In this document: positions 63,321-64,000 of the stretch, piece after piece | Position numbering within the stretch: position 1 is the first letter of the stretch | How the letters are laid out: every line of letters begins with the position of its first letter | From: the human T2T-CHM13v2.0 reference genome, Homo sapiens | Reading direction: 5' to 3' (one strand) | DNA length: 64,000 bases | Assembly (NCBI RefSeq): GCF_009914755.1 | Contig: NC_060946.1 | Position numbers and translations under genes: made by a program | The notes under the pieces: generated by a model | The model's database searches: none | Seen by the model: only the letters and a program-made list of their open reading frames with translations | Told to the model about the DNA's origin: nothing

Positions 63321-64000
63321 CAGTCCCTCTGCTCAGGGCTTCAGTTCACACTCACAAGGGAATCCCAGCGCTCTTCTCCTCTGGCGGTTGCTGGAGGGCC
63401 TTGTGAGGTGGCCGTGGGCACTGTAGCCCCCAGGCACTGCATTGTGGCCTGGGCGTGTTGGCCTTTGAGCCTTTGGCCTTGAGCACTTCCCCATCCCCCA
63501 TGGCTCTTGGCCATTGGACCCCAGTTGGCCACAGAGCCGCGGGCAGGTGGGACAGGCGGGCACTGGGTGCCTCCTTGCACCAGCCAGGCCCAGCCTGCAG
63601 AGTGGAGTGGGCCGGTCCCTCCTGCCAGGCAAAGGAAGGGGGCTTCGGGCCCCTCCCTGCTGTGGCCTCCTCCCCTCTGCTGCCTCCCACTAGGCCCTGG
63701 GAGACACTGCCTGCAGATTTATGAACAGACAGACCTAGAGATTAGAGATTCAAAAGCCAAATTCTTACACAATTCAAGTATTAACGCAGATTTGGATTTA
63801 TAATTTGGGACTCCAAGGTCTACCAAGTAATTTGCTGTTTCAGAATAGCCCTTTTAATTTGGGGTATATATTTCTAACACTGTTTTTTAAATATGGAGAG
63901 TAAACAAAATGGCCCATTATCTGACCACACAAATACTAGTAGTCATTATAGATAAACCATAGCAGATAAATAATAGTAAACAAAGCAACAGGCTGTGTCA

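Overview
Human (or near-identical great-ape) genomic DNA from the 22q11.21 TXNRD2/COMT locus, recognised from the encoded protein. The minus strand carries coding exons 1-10 of mitochondrial thioredoxin reductase TXNRD2 (ATG at 45494, read down to 912) and an alternative 'MEDQ' first exon; the Sec codon and SECIS lie left of the window. The plus strand carries non-coding first exons of COMT, the main one overlapping TXNRD2 exon 1 in a shared CpG island; COMT coding exons lie right of the window. The rest is intronic and repeat-dense: dozens of Alus, old L1 fragments, a 3'-truncated HERV-K11/HML-8 provirus, an ancient MER67-type provirus holding a solo LTR13, a ~43-copy 39-bp VNTR and CA-rich tracts. 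I found no new multi-gene system. The best leads are a U12-type (minor spliceosome) intron after a 20-nt microexon, a CKLF-like retrocopy with apparent unspliced intron sequence, ERV-derived alternative COMT first exons, and an HML-8 provirus without a 3' LTR pointing at the shared promoter. Gene, transcript, repeat-family and SNP names come from recall and need database confirmation.
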